Position numbers and translations under genes: made by a program
Shown here: positions 8,892 to 17,875 of the stretch, piece by piece
Layout: each line of letters begins with the position of its first letter
Position numbering within the stretch: position 1 is the stretch's first letter
The notes under the pieces: model-generated
The model's database searches: none
What the model was told of the DNA's origin: nothing
Seen by the model: only the letters and a program-made list of their open reading frames with translations
Assembly: GCA_964356665.1 (NCBI GenBank)
Contig: CAYHIM010000001.1
Span: forward strand, 1-31,265
Reading direction: 5' to 3'
DNA from: an uncultured Gammaproteobacteria bacterium
GTDB lineage: Bacteria > Patescibacteriota > Patescibacteriia > Patescibacteriales > XYC2-FULL-47-12
DNA: 31,265 nucleotides

Positions 8892-8964
8892 GGGCTGTTA
8901 GCTTAGCTGGTAGAGCGCCGCGTTTGCAACGCGGAGGTCGGGAGTTCGAATCTCCCACAGTCCA
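8892..8964 (+). tRNA. tRNA-Ala(UGC)
   Basis: Acceptor GGGCTGT/ACAGTCC with G3:U70, anticodon arm CCGCG-TTTGCAA-CGCGG, T-arm GGGAG-TTCGAAT-CTCCC. The gene copy ends ACA, not ACCA. Confidence 0.96.
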
Positions 8965-9034
8965 CATGGTTCTCCACGGGATAAACCCGTGGCGCCCCGA
9001 GTTAATCTCGGGGCGAATCCGGCACAGTCCACCA
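8947..9034 (+). repeat. Duplicated tRNA-Ala 3' end around a double-hairpin cassette
   Basis: CGAATC-nnn-CACAGTCCAC at 8947-8965 and 9014-9032 (16/19, 67-bp period). Perfect hairpins CCACGGG/CCCGTGG (8974-8992) and CGCCCCGAG/CTCGGGGCG (8993-9015). The downstream copy ends in CCA. Confidence 0.85.
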
Positions 9035-9037
9035 AAT

Positions 9038-9074
9038 AAAAAATGACTTACTTCTATAGAGCAAGTTATTTTTT
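9038..9074. terminator. Bidirectional terminator-like hairpin between convergent tRNA-Ala and the Nramp-like gene
   Basis: AAAAAATGACTT (9038-9049) / AAGTTATTTTTT (9063-9074). Confidence 0.55.
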
Positions 9075-9094
9075 TGTTAAGTTTAAAGTTTAGT

Positions 9095-10489
9095 TTAAAA
9101 AATCTTATCCCACAGCGTCAGCCCGCCAAAAAATAAAAAGGTCAGGAAAATAACAATGATAATTGCCTTGCGCCAAACTCTTGCCTGAAACTCTTTTGGC
9201 AACGCTTTATGATTCATCCAGTTTACCAGCGCGATATGCGCGGCCATGGCGCAGCCGTTGATGACCGCGCCCAATACGATGAGGAACTTCGGTTCATAGA
9301 TGTTAAACAAAAATAAAATAATGCCGAAAGCAATCTGCGCCCAGACAAAACAAAAATAAATTTTAGACAGGTTAATTCTGCCGCTCGGCTGGCCGCCCAA
9401 TTTCCAAAGAGCTAAATTTTCCGCCATAATGCGCGAGGTGGAATCCATAATTCCCAATTGCGTTTGGAATAACATTACGGACACGACCAACAAAAACAAT
9501 ATTCCAACCCCAGGCGCAAGCAGACCGCCGATGGCGAGCCCCTCATTGATTACAAATAAAATCCCCTGCGCGTTAGCCGGGTTGCCAAAAGCCGCGGCAT
9601 AAGCTAACAGCATTAATAAAAGCATGGCCAGCGCGCCTAAAAACCAAAATACGAGCAAATGCTCAAGACTAACTTTGCGCCACCAAGCGTGGAAGCGGCT
9701 GATGCTTACAGCGTCAACTTTAAAATTTTCACCGGTTAATTTTACTTCCTGATGTTCGCGGATGTCGCGGAACAGGCCGGCGATTTTTTGCGCATGCCTT
9801 CCCATGCCGTATCCCTTTTCCCGAACATAAATTGACTGCGTCAGATTTAAATTGCCGCCCGCGCCCGCGTAAGCGAACGCGCCTAAAAATACCGCCAAAC
9901 TCATGCCGGCCGGCCAAAACCAAAAACCGTCCCCCATCCCAATAATTCCTTGCCCCAGTGCGAGCCAATCAAGGTCGCGCGCGATGATAAAAGTCAAAAC
10001 TAAAATAAACGGAATGCCTAAAATAATGACTATTTTAGTGATATGTTCCATCATCGCGTACACCGTTTTGCCAATGCTTAAAATCAAGCCGATTAAAATT
10101 AAAAAAACAATCGCCGTCCATTTAAAATCAGTAATGCCAAACATAAAGCTAAATACCTGCGCGCTCGCGGCAATAATTCCGGGCAGACCAAAACCAATAA
10201 AAGTAGAGGCGATAAACCAACCCGCAGCCCAGCGCCACAATTTATGCATGCCGACAAAAACCGATTCGCCTTTAACCAAAGCATAGCGCTCAATTTCCAT
10301 GTTGATAAAATACTGGCAAGTAATGCCTAAAAGCGCGCCCCAAGCAATGCCTAAGCCAAAGTTAGAGGTTAAGTATGGCCACAAAATAACTTCTCCCGAG
10401 CCCAAGCCCAAAGCTAAAATAATAAAACTCGGGCCAAGCATCTGCCGAAAAAAAATAACTTTAGGAAATTCTTTTAAGTCACGCGCCAT
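9095..10489 (-). CDS. Nramp/APC-superfamily putative divalent cation transporter
   Basis: Multi-pass membrane protein with GPSFIILALGLGSGEVILWP, EIERYALVKGES, AYAGAGG and TQLGIMDSTSR; lacks the canonical DPGN. ATG 10489 is chosen, with 10516 as the alternative. Confidence 0.7.
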   Translation of the reverse strand: MARDLKEFPKVIFFRQMLGPSFIILALGLGSGEVILWPYLTSNFGLGIAWGALLGITCQYFINMEIERYALVKGESVFVGMHKLWRWAAGWFIASTFIGFGLPGIIAASAQVFSFMFGITDFKWTAIVFLILIGLILSIGKTVYAMMEHITKIVIILGIPFILVLTFIIARDLDWLALGQGIIGMGDGFWFWPAGMSLAVFLGAFAYAGAGGNLNLTQSIYVREKGYGMGRHAQKIAGLFRDIREHQEVKLTGENFKVDAVSISRFHAWWRKVSLEHLLVFWFLGALAMLLLMLLAYAAAFGNPANAQGILFVINEGLAIGGLLAPGVGILFLLVVSVMLFQTQLGIMDSTSRIMAENLALWKLGGQPSGRINLSKIYFCFVWAQIAFGIILFLFNIYEPKFLIVLGAVINGCAMAAHIALVNWMNHKALPKEFQARVWRKAIIIVIFLTFLFFGGLTLWDKIF

Positions 10490-10594
10490 ATTTATCCCCA
10501 CACCATTAGACGCCATAATATTATTTCTAAGACGTAAGGCGGATAATTTAGTGGCAAAAATACCCCAACCGTTAACAAAATATGGTGTGGGGAT

Positions 10595-11335
10595 TTATTC
10601 TAACAATAGAAGCAAAGCCATAATGCCAACCCCCGCGGCAATGCCCAAAAACTGCTTTAATGACTGGCTTAATTCATTTTCTTTTTTCAACTCGGGAATT
10701 AAATCAGCGGTGGCGATATAAATAAACCCGCCGATAGTCAAAGGGATGATGATATTGGTAAAATCCGCGAACTGGCTGGCAAAAATAATGCCCACGCCGG
10801 CGCCTAAAAAAGCGACCAGCGCCGATAAAAAATTAAACAATATCGCCTTGCCCCGCGTTAAACCGGCGTACAGTAAAACGCTAAAATCACCAACTTCCTG
10901 CGGAACTTCGTGCGCAATGACGGCGGCTGTTGTTACCAGCCCCAGCGGCAAGCTAACGGCAAAACTGCCGGCAATAACCAACCCGTCAATAAAATTATGC
11001 AGGCCGTCGCCGACTAAATTAACCGCGGCCAAGGTATGCACGTGCTGCCGGGAAGTGGGAATGTGGCAGTGCCGCCAGCAAATAAATTTTTCCAGTGCAA
11101 AAAAAATGATGATGCCGGCTAAAATTAAAAGTGAAGAGCGAATGGTAAGCGCAGCCCCCCCTGCCAAATTCGGCACTAAATGCAAAAAAACGTCGCCCAA
11201 GAGCGCGCCGGCGGAAAAGCTGACTAAATAAAACAAAACTTTCTGCAATTTTTCCACGCTTACGGCCAGCGCAATCACCCCCATCAGGGAAATGAGGGAA
11301 ACAACAAACACGCTGGCAAAAATGTATAGGTTCAT
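10595..11335 (-). CDS. ZIP-family metal transporter
   Basis: SFSAGALLGDVFLHL, His loop CWRHCH, HNFIDG and HEVPQEVGDF signatures. Confidence 0.93.
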   Translation of the reverse strand: MNLYIFASVFVVSLISLMGVIALAVSVEKLQKVLFYLVSFSAGALLGDVFLHLVPNLAGGAALTIRSSLLILAGIIIFFALEKFICWRHCHIPTSRQHVHTLAAVNLVGDGLHNFIDGLVIAGSFAVSLPLGLVTTAAVIAHEVPQEVGDFSVLLYAGLTRGKAILFNFLSALVAFLGAGVGIIFASQFADFTNIIIPLTIGGFIYIATADLIPELKKENELSQSLKQFLGIAAGVGIMALLLLLE

Positions 11336-11365
11336 AAAATATCTAAAAAAATAAATGCTTTAGTT

Positions 11366-11374
11366 ATTGTAGCA
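11366..11374 (-). promoter_or_regulatory. Extended -10 element for ZIP-Nramp
   Basis: Minus strand TGCTACAAT about 30 nt upstream of the ZIP ATG; no good -35. Confidence 0.45.
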
Positions 11375-11393
11375 GATTTTTATTAATCTTACT

Positions 11394-11431
11394 AAAAAAG
11401 AAAAACGCCGAGCCAAATGAATGACCCGGCG
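11394..11431 (-). terminator. Intrinsic terminator of purL
   Basis: Minus RNA CGCCGGGUCA-UUCAUU-UGGCUCGGCG (10 bp, 2 G-U) followed by UUUUUCUUUUUU. Confidence 0.85.
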
Positions 11432-11457
11432 GGGAATTTAAATAATAGATTTACTCC

Positions 11458-14400
11458 CTAATCTATGCTGCAAAAAAATGAAACAGGCTCAACGGAACAG
11501 TCGTCAACAGCACTGCACCATAAATAGGCATTTTGGAACATACGTCGCCAGGGAGAACTCTGAATATCCGCCCACTCGCGCGGCCAATATGGCCATTGGT
11601 ATGGCAATACTGTCCGCTCCGGATGTTCCATAAAAGCCAAATGCCGACCGGTTGAATCACACAAAGCAGTAATGCCGAGCGCGGAGCCGTTGGGATTAAA
11701 CGGATACTTCTCGGTGGGAGTACCATAATCGTCAACGAACAGTATCGGGGCCAAATGCTCATTAAAAATCTTCTGCTGCACTTCCGGATCGGGGATAACC
11801 AATCTTCCTTCTCCGTGCGCGCAATGGACTCCTAGTACTGCCCTCTCCATTCCAGCTAGCATGATTGCCGGCGACGGACAAATCCGTACTGTTGGGAAAC
11901 GAGCCTCAAAACATTCGCTGGTGTTAGCAATCAAAGCAGGTTGAATTATTTCCGGCATCATCCAAGGAACGATTCCAAGCAATACCATCAGCTGACATCC
12001 ATTACAAACGCCTAAACTGAAAGTATCTGGCCGGTCATAAAATTTAGCAAACTCGCGTGCAGTTTGTTGGTTGAATTTGATAACTCCAGCCCAACCCTTA
12101 GCGGCTCCTAAAACGTCCTTGTAAGAAAAGCCGCCCACAAAGGCGATGCCCCTAAACCAGCTAAGGGAAACGCGACCCGCAATGATATCGGTCATGGTCA
12201 CGTCCCACACCTCAAAACCAGCGAGGTGGAAGGCGAATTTCATTTCCTCATCACCATTACTCCCTTCCTCGCGAATGATTGCTACCCGCGGCAAATTGGA
12301 AGAAGCGGAACGAAAAGAGATTGGCCGGCAGTCAGGATCAAAGTTTAGATAGTAACAGGGGCCAGGTCGGTCAAAGGTGTTAGCGCGTTCGTTAGCTACG
12401 CACGACCTTACCGCGTGAAAATTCTTGAGTTGAAATGAGGTATCGCGCCAGATTTCGCGCAGTACCTGCATATCTTCCTCAAGAACTAATTGGTTGTTAT
12501 GCGTAACTGTGATGCGCTTTTCCCGTGAAGTTGCACCAACTAGCTGGAGAGAATCCGCTAATCCTGCTTTACAGAAGCACTCTTGTAAGGCCGCCTCGTT
12601 TTTGGGTAAAACTTCCAGAACAAAGCCAAGCTCTTCATTGAAGAGTAGCTCAATTTTTGAAGCAGAGGGATGATTTAACTGAACATTAATCCCGCAGTTG
12701 CCAGCAAACGCCATTTTAGATAGCGCCGCCATTAACCCGCCCCTAGTTCTAGCGCAAACGGACAGAGCCAACTTTTCGCGCAATATTTTTTGCATGAGAT
12801 AAAAGGCTCGGTTGAGCGTTTGCGGGCTTTCAACATCTGGAGCTCGAGTGCCGATTTGGCATAAAGTTTGGGCCAGCGCACTTCCGCCCAGCCGAATATT
12901 GCCTTTGGCCAAATCAACAAAATAAAGTCTGCTTTCTCCCGGCCGCTTGATGTCAGGAGTAGTTCGTAAACGGAAATCCGGACAGCCAACATAGGTTGAA
13001 ATAACTAAAGTACTAGGGGACTGTACTGTAGTATCATCCACTTTAGCTGCCAGTGAAAGCGAGTCCTTACCACCATCAATGCCCATGCCGATCTTAGGCA
13101 TAAAACGATTCAACGCCGAAGCTGCATCATACAACCAGGCAATGCCACCCGGTAATTTGGCTGCCAGCATCCAGTTCCCTGAAACTTTAATATCTTGCCG
13201 CCGAGTTACGGGAACACCAATAAGCTTCAACAGGGCTTCAGCCGCGGTCATGCATGCCATAGCCTGCGGGGAGATAAAGCCGATTGCTGGCCTAACTCCA
13301 ATTGAATCTGCCTGTCCGACATGTTTAAAGTGGCTAAGAGCTATTACCGAGTAATCATTGACTGGTAGACCTAACTGTCCAACAGACTCTGACTGTACTA
13401 CTTTGCCGGTAACGCTATTGTCCACGATAGTTGTCATCCACTCTTTTGAGCAAACACCCAAAAGCCGAAAGACTCTTTCAATTGCTTGGCGTACGGTAAG
13501 ATCCGATGGTATGTCAATCGGTTGAATGGGAGGGCGACGGCGTTTGTCCTGATACATCTTTTGCGGATAATCGCCAAAAACATGTTTGAGATCAAGGTCG
13601 GCGACTACTGTGCTATCTTCGTCAACAACCACAAACTTGCTGTCATGGGAAACAACGCCAATCGCAGCACAATGAACTTTTTCACGTTCGCATATTGCCG
13701 CAAACTCCTCCCACCTGTCTGGCTCAATCAACAGCGCTAAATTCTCCTGATACTCGGCAACCATAATTTCATCATCAGTGAGAGTTGGGTCGCCAAGCGG
13801 AATAGAACGCAGTCTGATTACCGCGCCTTGGGGGTTAACAATCTCCTTTAGAACATTGCCGTTGCCGCCGGCTCCCTGGTCATGAATGACCTTGATGGGG
13901 TTTCTCTCACCCATCAAAATACAAGCGCGCAAAACGCGGTCGGCTTTATTAGCCATTTCGCCATTTGCCCGCTGGACTGAATTAAAGTCCAAATCTTCAG
14001 TGCTTTCACCTTGCATCATGCTGGAGGCAGAGCCGCCGCCAACGCCGACGCGGTAGGCGAGTCCGCCAATCTTAACTACCAGCCAACCTTCTTTTGGTTT
14101 GGCTTTCTCCACGTGCCGGGCATCAATTATACTGAAGCCGCCGGAAAACATTACCGGCTTAACAAATTCCCAGCGCTTGTCGCCAATAATCATGCCAAAA
14201 CTTTCCGCAAAAGTAAGAATAACCGGCTCGCCGAACTGATTGCCGTCATCAAACGCGCCTTTAGTGGCCCGGATGAAAAAGTTTAATGGCGATTCAGTGC
14301 GCGGATCATAACTGAAGGTTTTGTCCTCCCAAGGGAGTTCGTATCCGGCAATATTAAGATTGCCGCCCATAAACCCGGCTGAACCGGCAACAACAATTCC

Positions 14401-15426
14401 GCCCCGACCCGGCGCTTCGCTGTCACGCCGCCGCCCCCCGCCGCCAGTACCCGCGCCTTGATAGGCGCACCAAAGGCAAGGGTGGTTATGGGTTTCACAT
14501 GTTAAAACCAGATGGAATAATAATTCTGCCATTCGCATAGGGGAAGGCATGCCCGGACGCTCTGGGATTAAATAAGAAACAGAAAATCCGTAAATCGCCG
14601 ATGCGTTATCATGATAGGCAATCATACTGTTCTTGCGATTCTTCAGCGTGCCCTGAACAAGCTCCATGAGAGTAAAAGGCACTTCTTTGCCGTCAATGAT
14701 AAGTTTGGCGCGGAAGACATGGTGCCTGGAGTGCTCGGAATTGGTATTTCCTAGATCACGAAATTCCGCCACAGTCGGGTTGCGCTTCATTACCTCAACA
14801 AAGAGGTAACGGTAATATTCCAAATCTACATCGTCCATGCCGGCGCCATACTGCTCATTCGCCTTTTTCAAGGCTTCAATACCATTTTCCATAACTGGAA
14901 TTGGCTTTGACCGCTTTAATTTTTTGCTAAATTTGAATGCTTGCAAAGGCTTCAGATAGAGACATTCGGTCATCTTGTCGTGCAGTAAGGGCGCAATCAA
15001 ATCTTGTTCATGTTTAGTAAGAGGACGATCTAAAATAATCCAATATCGTCGCGCCTGCTCTACTCTTTCAATGCTTTTAATGCCGCAAGATTGGCAAATA
15101 GCAACCGCATTGGTTGAATCCGCGGTTTCAAAATTCAGGCGGGGTCCAAACTCCAAAATATTCCTGCCATTTCTGCTAAAAAAAGTGGTTCGTTTCAGAT
15201 TTTTCGGCTGATGTTTGTCGCGCAATAGCCAACGCAATGTGCGATGATTTGTTGTTGATAGCGGAGAATCCGTTTCAACATAGATTACCTGCTCGGTTTC
15301 AATCCGAGTAATTTCCGGGATAACCTTCCGGAGCTTTTCAGTAAGTTCGGCACTTTTAGCGTCGCTCAATAGTGGCGTACGATGAAATCTAAGAACTTTT
15401 GTTGTTGCCATTTTTTTCATCTCCAT
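11458..15426 (-). CDS. purL: Large fused phosphoribosylformylglycinamidine synthase (FGAM synthase), plant/metazoan PFAS-like
   Basis: NSEHSRH, ETHNHP, HDQGAGGNGNVLKE, EYQE and DGGKDSLS in the synthetase part. Glutaminase GGFSY.DVLGAAKGW, GVCNGCQ and HPER (Cys-His-Glu triad). The start could be 15426, 15420 or 15411. Confidence 0.95.
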   Translation of the reverse strand: MEMKKMATTKVLRFHRTPLLSDAKSAELTEKLRKVIPEITRIETEQVIYVETDSPLSTTNHRTLRWLLRDKHQPKNLKRTTFFSRNGRNILEFGPRLNFETADSTNAVAICQSCGIKSIERVEQARRYWIILDRPLTKHEQDLIAPLLHDKMTECLYLKPLQAFKFSKKLKRSKPIPVMENGIEALKKANEQYGAGMDDVDLEYYRYLFVEVMKRNPTVAEFRDLGNTNSEHSRHHVFRAKLIIDGKEVPFTLMELVQGTLKNRKNSMIAYHDNASAIYGFSVSYLIPERPGMPSPMRMAELLFHLVLTCETHNHPCLWCAYQGAGTGGGGRRRDSEAPGRGGIVVAGSAGFMGGNLNIAGYELPWEDKTFSYDPRTESPLNFFIRATKGAFDDGNQFGEPVILTFAESFGMIIGDKRWEFVKPVMFSGGFSIIDARHVEKAKPKEGWLVVKIGGLAYRVGVGGGSASSMMQGESTEDLDFNSVQRANGEMANKADRVLRACILMGERNPIKVIHDQGAGGNGNVLKEIVNPQGAVIRLRSIPLGDPTLTDDEIMVAEYQENLALLIEPDRWEEFAAICEREKVHCAAIGVVSHDSKFVVVDEDSTVVADLDLKHVFGDYPQKMYQDKRRRPPIQPIDIPSDLTVRQAIERVFRLLGVCSKEWMTTIVDNSVTGKVVQSESVGQLGLPVNDYSVIALSHFKHVGQADSIGVRPAIGFISPQAMACMTAAEALLKLIGVPVTRRQDIKVSGNWMLAAKLPGGIAWLYDAASALNRFMPKIGMGIDGGKDSLSLAAKVDDTTVQSPSTLVISTYVGCPDFRLRTTPDIKRPGESRLYFVDLAKGNIRLGGSALAQTLCQIGTRAPDVESPQTLNRAFYLMQKILREKLALSVCARTRGGLMAALSKMAFAGNCGINVQLNHPSASKIELLFNEELGFVLEVLPKNEAALQECFCKAGLADSLQLVGATSREKRITVTHNNQLVLEEDMQVLREIWRDTSFQLKNFHAVRSCVANERANTFDRPGPCYYLNFDPDCRPISFRSASSNLPRVAIIREEGSNGDEEMKFAFHLAGFEVWDVTMTDIIAGRVSLSWFRGIAFVGGFSYKDVLGAAKGWAGVIKFNQQTAREFAKFYDRPDTFSLGVCNGCQLMVLLGIVPWMMPEIIQPALIANTSECFEARFPTVRICPSPAIMLAGMERAVLGVHCAHGEGRLVIPDPEVQQKIFNEHLAPILFVDDYGTPTEKYPFNPNGSALGITALCDSTGRHLAFMEHPERTVLPYQWPYWPREWADIQSSPWRRMFQNAYLWCSAVDDCSVEPVSFFCSID

Positions 15427-15589
15427 TTCGGTATTTTTTGGTGATATCTGTAAAGACGAAAAATGAGTCCTTGTTTTATTTATTCTATTATAAAAAGAAC
15501 CAAAAATTGGTCCTCCTTTCTGTCTTTATCTAACCACTTTAACGGCAAAAAAGCAAACGGAGGATAAATAGACTAATGATTGTTTAATT

Positions 15590-16024
15590 TTATTTACTTA
15601 CCCTAATTGCCTGCCTCACAACGGATATTGATAATAACCCGGTCAGCGCCAGTTGCAATAAAGGACTTAAGCCTAAACCAAAAATCGTCGGCATCATTGG
15701 GCTATAAATCCACTGGTGAAAAATATAAACGGCTTTGTATTCAATAATAGCGGCAACGATGATGCCAGCAAAAATTACGTAGAGACGCCCTGACAGGGCG
15801 TCTCTACGAAACCACCAAAAATTTCTCCAAATTAAAACTCCGCTAAAAAATATTCCGAGCAACAACAGCGTATCCACGCTCGCGGCGTACGCCATTAGCG
15901 GCCAAAAACTTAAATTAAAAGTGTGTGAGGCGTAAAGATACGACGCGTGCCAGGACTCCCAGATAAAATTGCTCACGAACGCCATGAACGCGAACAGAGC
16001 AATAATTTTTACTTTATCTCTCAT
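15590..16024 (-). CDS. Four-TM membrane protein, unknown function
   Basis: 144 aa, hydrophobic, with WESWHASYLY and WIYSPMMPTIFGLGLSPLLQ. Its ATG overlaps the upstream stop (ATGA). Confidence 0.75.
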   Translation of the reverse strand: MRDKVKIIALFAFMAFVSNFIWESWHASYLYASHTFNLSFWPLMAYAASVDTLLLLGIFFSGVLIWRNFWWFRRDALSGRLYVIFAGIIVAAIIEYKAVYIFHQWIYSPMMPTIFGLGLSPLLQLALTGLLSISVVRQAIRVSK

Positions 16025-16746
16025 ACTCTTGCGTTTAATTTTTCATTAAGAACTTTTTTTAAACGGTACCAACTGAAATGTTCATAGACGCTCGACCAAT
16101 ATAAACCAAAGCTGAATGCCCACAGCAATTCTTCTAACGGGACGCCGGAAATGAGTACGCCGGAAATAGCCGCGAAATTCCAAACCGCCTGGACATAACC
16201 GGGGAAAGTAAAATTCAATAGTAAAAAGGTGACGAAATAAACGCCCGTAAACAGCGCGCCGCTGACGAGCATTTTACTGACTAAATCCGGCCGGCAGTAC
16301 CAAGTGGCAAAAAATCCGGCCACTAGAGCAATCATTGCCGCGTAAATTGGATTAAAACTGGTTGCCGCCAATAAAAGCAAAAAAGCTATCGGTGCCGATA
16401 CAACTGCCCAGAAATGGAAGCGGTGCCGCCCGCGGCGATGCTCGCCGGCCGGCATTTTAACGTGGCGCGCCGGCAGCAGCGCTTCGTACATAACAACCAC
16501 GATGCCGCCAACGGCAAAACAGAAAATGAAACTTTCTAAATCAAAGCCGGCGCGGCGCGCTAAATCAAACAACGTGGGCGGGTTCCAATAAGCCGGCACA
16601 AAGAACGGTTCGGTCAGCGCTAACCACATCGTCCAAAAACTAACGCGCCTAATTTCAGGGCGAGAGCCGGAACGAGCAGAAAAAAACACTATCAGCCAAA
16701 CACCCAACAAAAACAAACTAAAAATTAAATACGCGTAGGTATCCAT
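16021..16746 (-). CDS. Lycopene-cyclase-domain-like membrane protein (two repeats)
   Basis: Repeat-type motifs YWNP...GFDLESFIFCF and VWN..AISGVLISGVPLEELLWAF resemble CarR/CrtYc-type domains. Confidence 0.65.
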   Translation of the reverse strand: MDTYAYLIFSLFLLGVWLIVFFSARSGSRPEIRRVSFWTMWLALTEPFFVPAYWNPPTLFDLARRAGFDLESFIFCFAVGGIVVVMYEALLPARHVKMPAGEHRRGRHRFHFWAVVSAPIAFLLLLAATSFNPIYAAMIALVAGFFATWYCRPDLVSKMLVSGALFTGVYFVTFLLLNFTFPGYVQAVWNFAAISGVLISGVPLEELLWAFSFGLYWSSVYEHFSWYRLKKVLNEKLNARV

Positions 16747-16784
16747 AACAACTGCTGTTATTAGATAAAAACTTTATCTTATAG

Positions 16785-17066
16785 TTAGCGTCGGCTTAAC
16801 TGGGCATGGAACCAAATTAACAGCCACGCGCCAACATAAACATACAGCGCTATCTCAATCAAACCCACAGCTAAACTTAAAGGCGTGATAACGACATCGC
16901 CGGCAAATTTTTCCACATTGGCGATGTGCGTTACCCAAGCTAAAAGTCGCAGGGCAGCTGCCGGCCAGAGCGCGACAATTGCCGCGCAGGCAAGGTAAAA
17001 TACTGCCGCTACCCCGGCCGCGGCGAGCGCCCAAGCATGAGCATTCGCTCTGTTTTCTTGGTTCAT
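16785..17066 (-). CDS. Small two-TM membrane protein (DUF5676-like)
   Basis: AAVFYLACA...WVTH pattern, with Cys and His in or near TM segments. Confidence 0.65.
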   Translation of the reverse strand: MNQENRANAHAWALAAAGVAAVFYLACAAIVALWPAAALRLLAWVTHIANVEKFAGDVVITPLSLAVGLIEIALYVYVGAWLLIWFHAQLSRR

Positions 17067-17084
17067 ATTTTTTAACTTAATAAA

Positions 17085-17447
17085 TTAGTCTTTAAGCGCA
17101 TGTTTAGTAATAGCCAAATTACAGCTGTGGTGTTTGCGGCACCAAGCCTCGCATTGCTTTGCCCAGCTTAATTCGGCATAGCGCAACCCGCACTCCGGGC
17201 AAGTGTAAAATTTGGTGGTTGCAGTTTGCCCACTTTCAGTATGGTGCGCCGTTTGTCCGCTATGCCCATGCCCGCGCATCATAAAAATATGTACTAAGGG
17301 ACAAAGCAAAACGAGCAGCCAAATTACATAATCATTTGCGTCTTTAGACCAAAATAACCAAGCCGCGATTACGACCAGCGGCAAAGCGCAGCCGACAACC
17401 ATCAGCCAAAAATGTTTATTGAATATGTTGTCTTTTAGTAAGGACAT
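17085..17447 (-). CDS. DUF2933-like membrane domain fused to a Cys/His-rich C-terminal domain
   Basis: VVGCALPL...LLCPLVHIFMMRGHGH, then CPECG...CEAWC.KHHSC...KH. Confidence 0.75.
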   Translation of the reverse strand: MSLLKDNIFNKHFWLMVVGCALPLVVIAAWLFWSKDANDYVIWLLVLLCPLVHIFMMRGHGHSGQTAHHTESGQTATTKFYTCPECGLRYAELSWAKQCEAWCRKHHSCNLAITKHALKD

Positions 17448-17865
17448 ATAATAAATAAGCGATGCTTAAAAGATTAATCGCTAAACTAATAACGAGCAGG
17501 GGGCGCTGATACTGCCCTAAAAACAGGACGGCGCCGGACAGGCCCCACAGCGGCAATAAATCAACTAAATGATGGGCGCAACAAGCTAACATTGAAACAG
17601 AGGAAGTAGCTCCACTCATTCCCGGGACAGCGCTACTGGTTTGATAATGGACAATTCTTAAATATGACCAAAGGCCAAATTGAACGCCAAAACTAACAAT
17701 AATAGCTATCAATAAATACCAAACTGCCGCTGTCGTTGCCCACGCTTCCTGCCAATTAGGCATCGTCCATGATATCAGTATACCATAGAGCAAACTTAAG
17801 CCGAAGCTGGCAACCGCTCCGCGTTTAATTGAGCGGGTAATTTCTTTTGACCACATATTATTCAA
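17416..17865 (-). CDS. Membrane protein with a CCxHH motif
   Basis: Four TM segments; SSVSMLACCAHHL. Overlaps the next gene by 32 nt. Confidence 0.75.
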   Translation of the reverse strand: MNNMWSKEITRSIKRGAVASFGLSLLYGILISWTMPNWQEAWATTAAVWYLLIAIIVSFGVQFGLWSYLRIVHYQTSSAVPGMSGATSSVSMLACCAHHLVDLLPLWGLSGAVLFLGQYQRPLLVISLAINLLSIAYLLYVLTKRQHIQ

Positions 17866-17875
17866 TAATTAGTTG

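Noticed and set aside
11458-11475. C-terminal CSID of PurL as a prenylation (CaaX) signal
   Set aside because: It is not a valid CaaX composition, and bacteria lack the pathway.
15427-15589. Purine or ZTP riboswitch upstream of purL
   Set aside because: The region is short and AT-rich with only a weak hairpin near 15495-15515 and a TATAAT; I recognised no aptamer features.
16021-16746. Carotenoid biosynthesis locus
   Set aside because: There is no phytoene synthase or desaturase in the window, and the context is copper-related.
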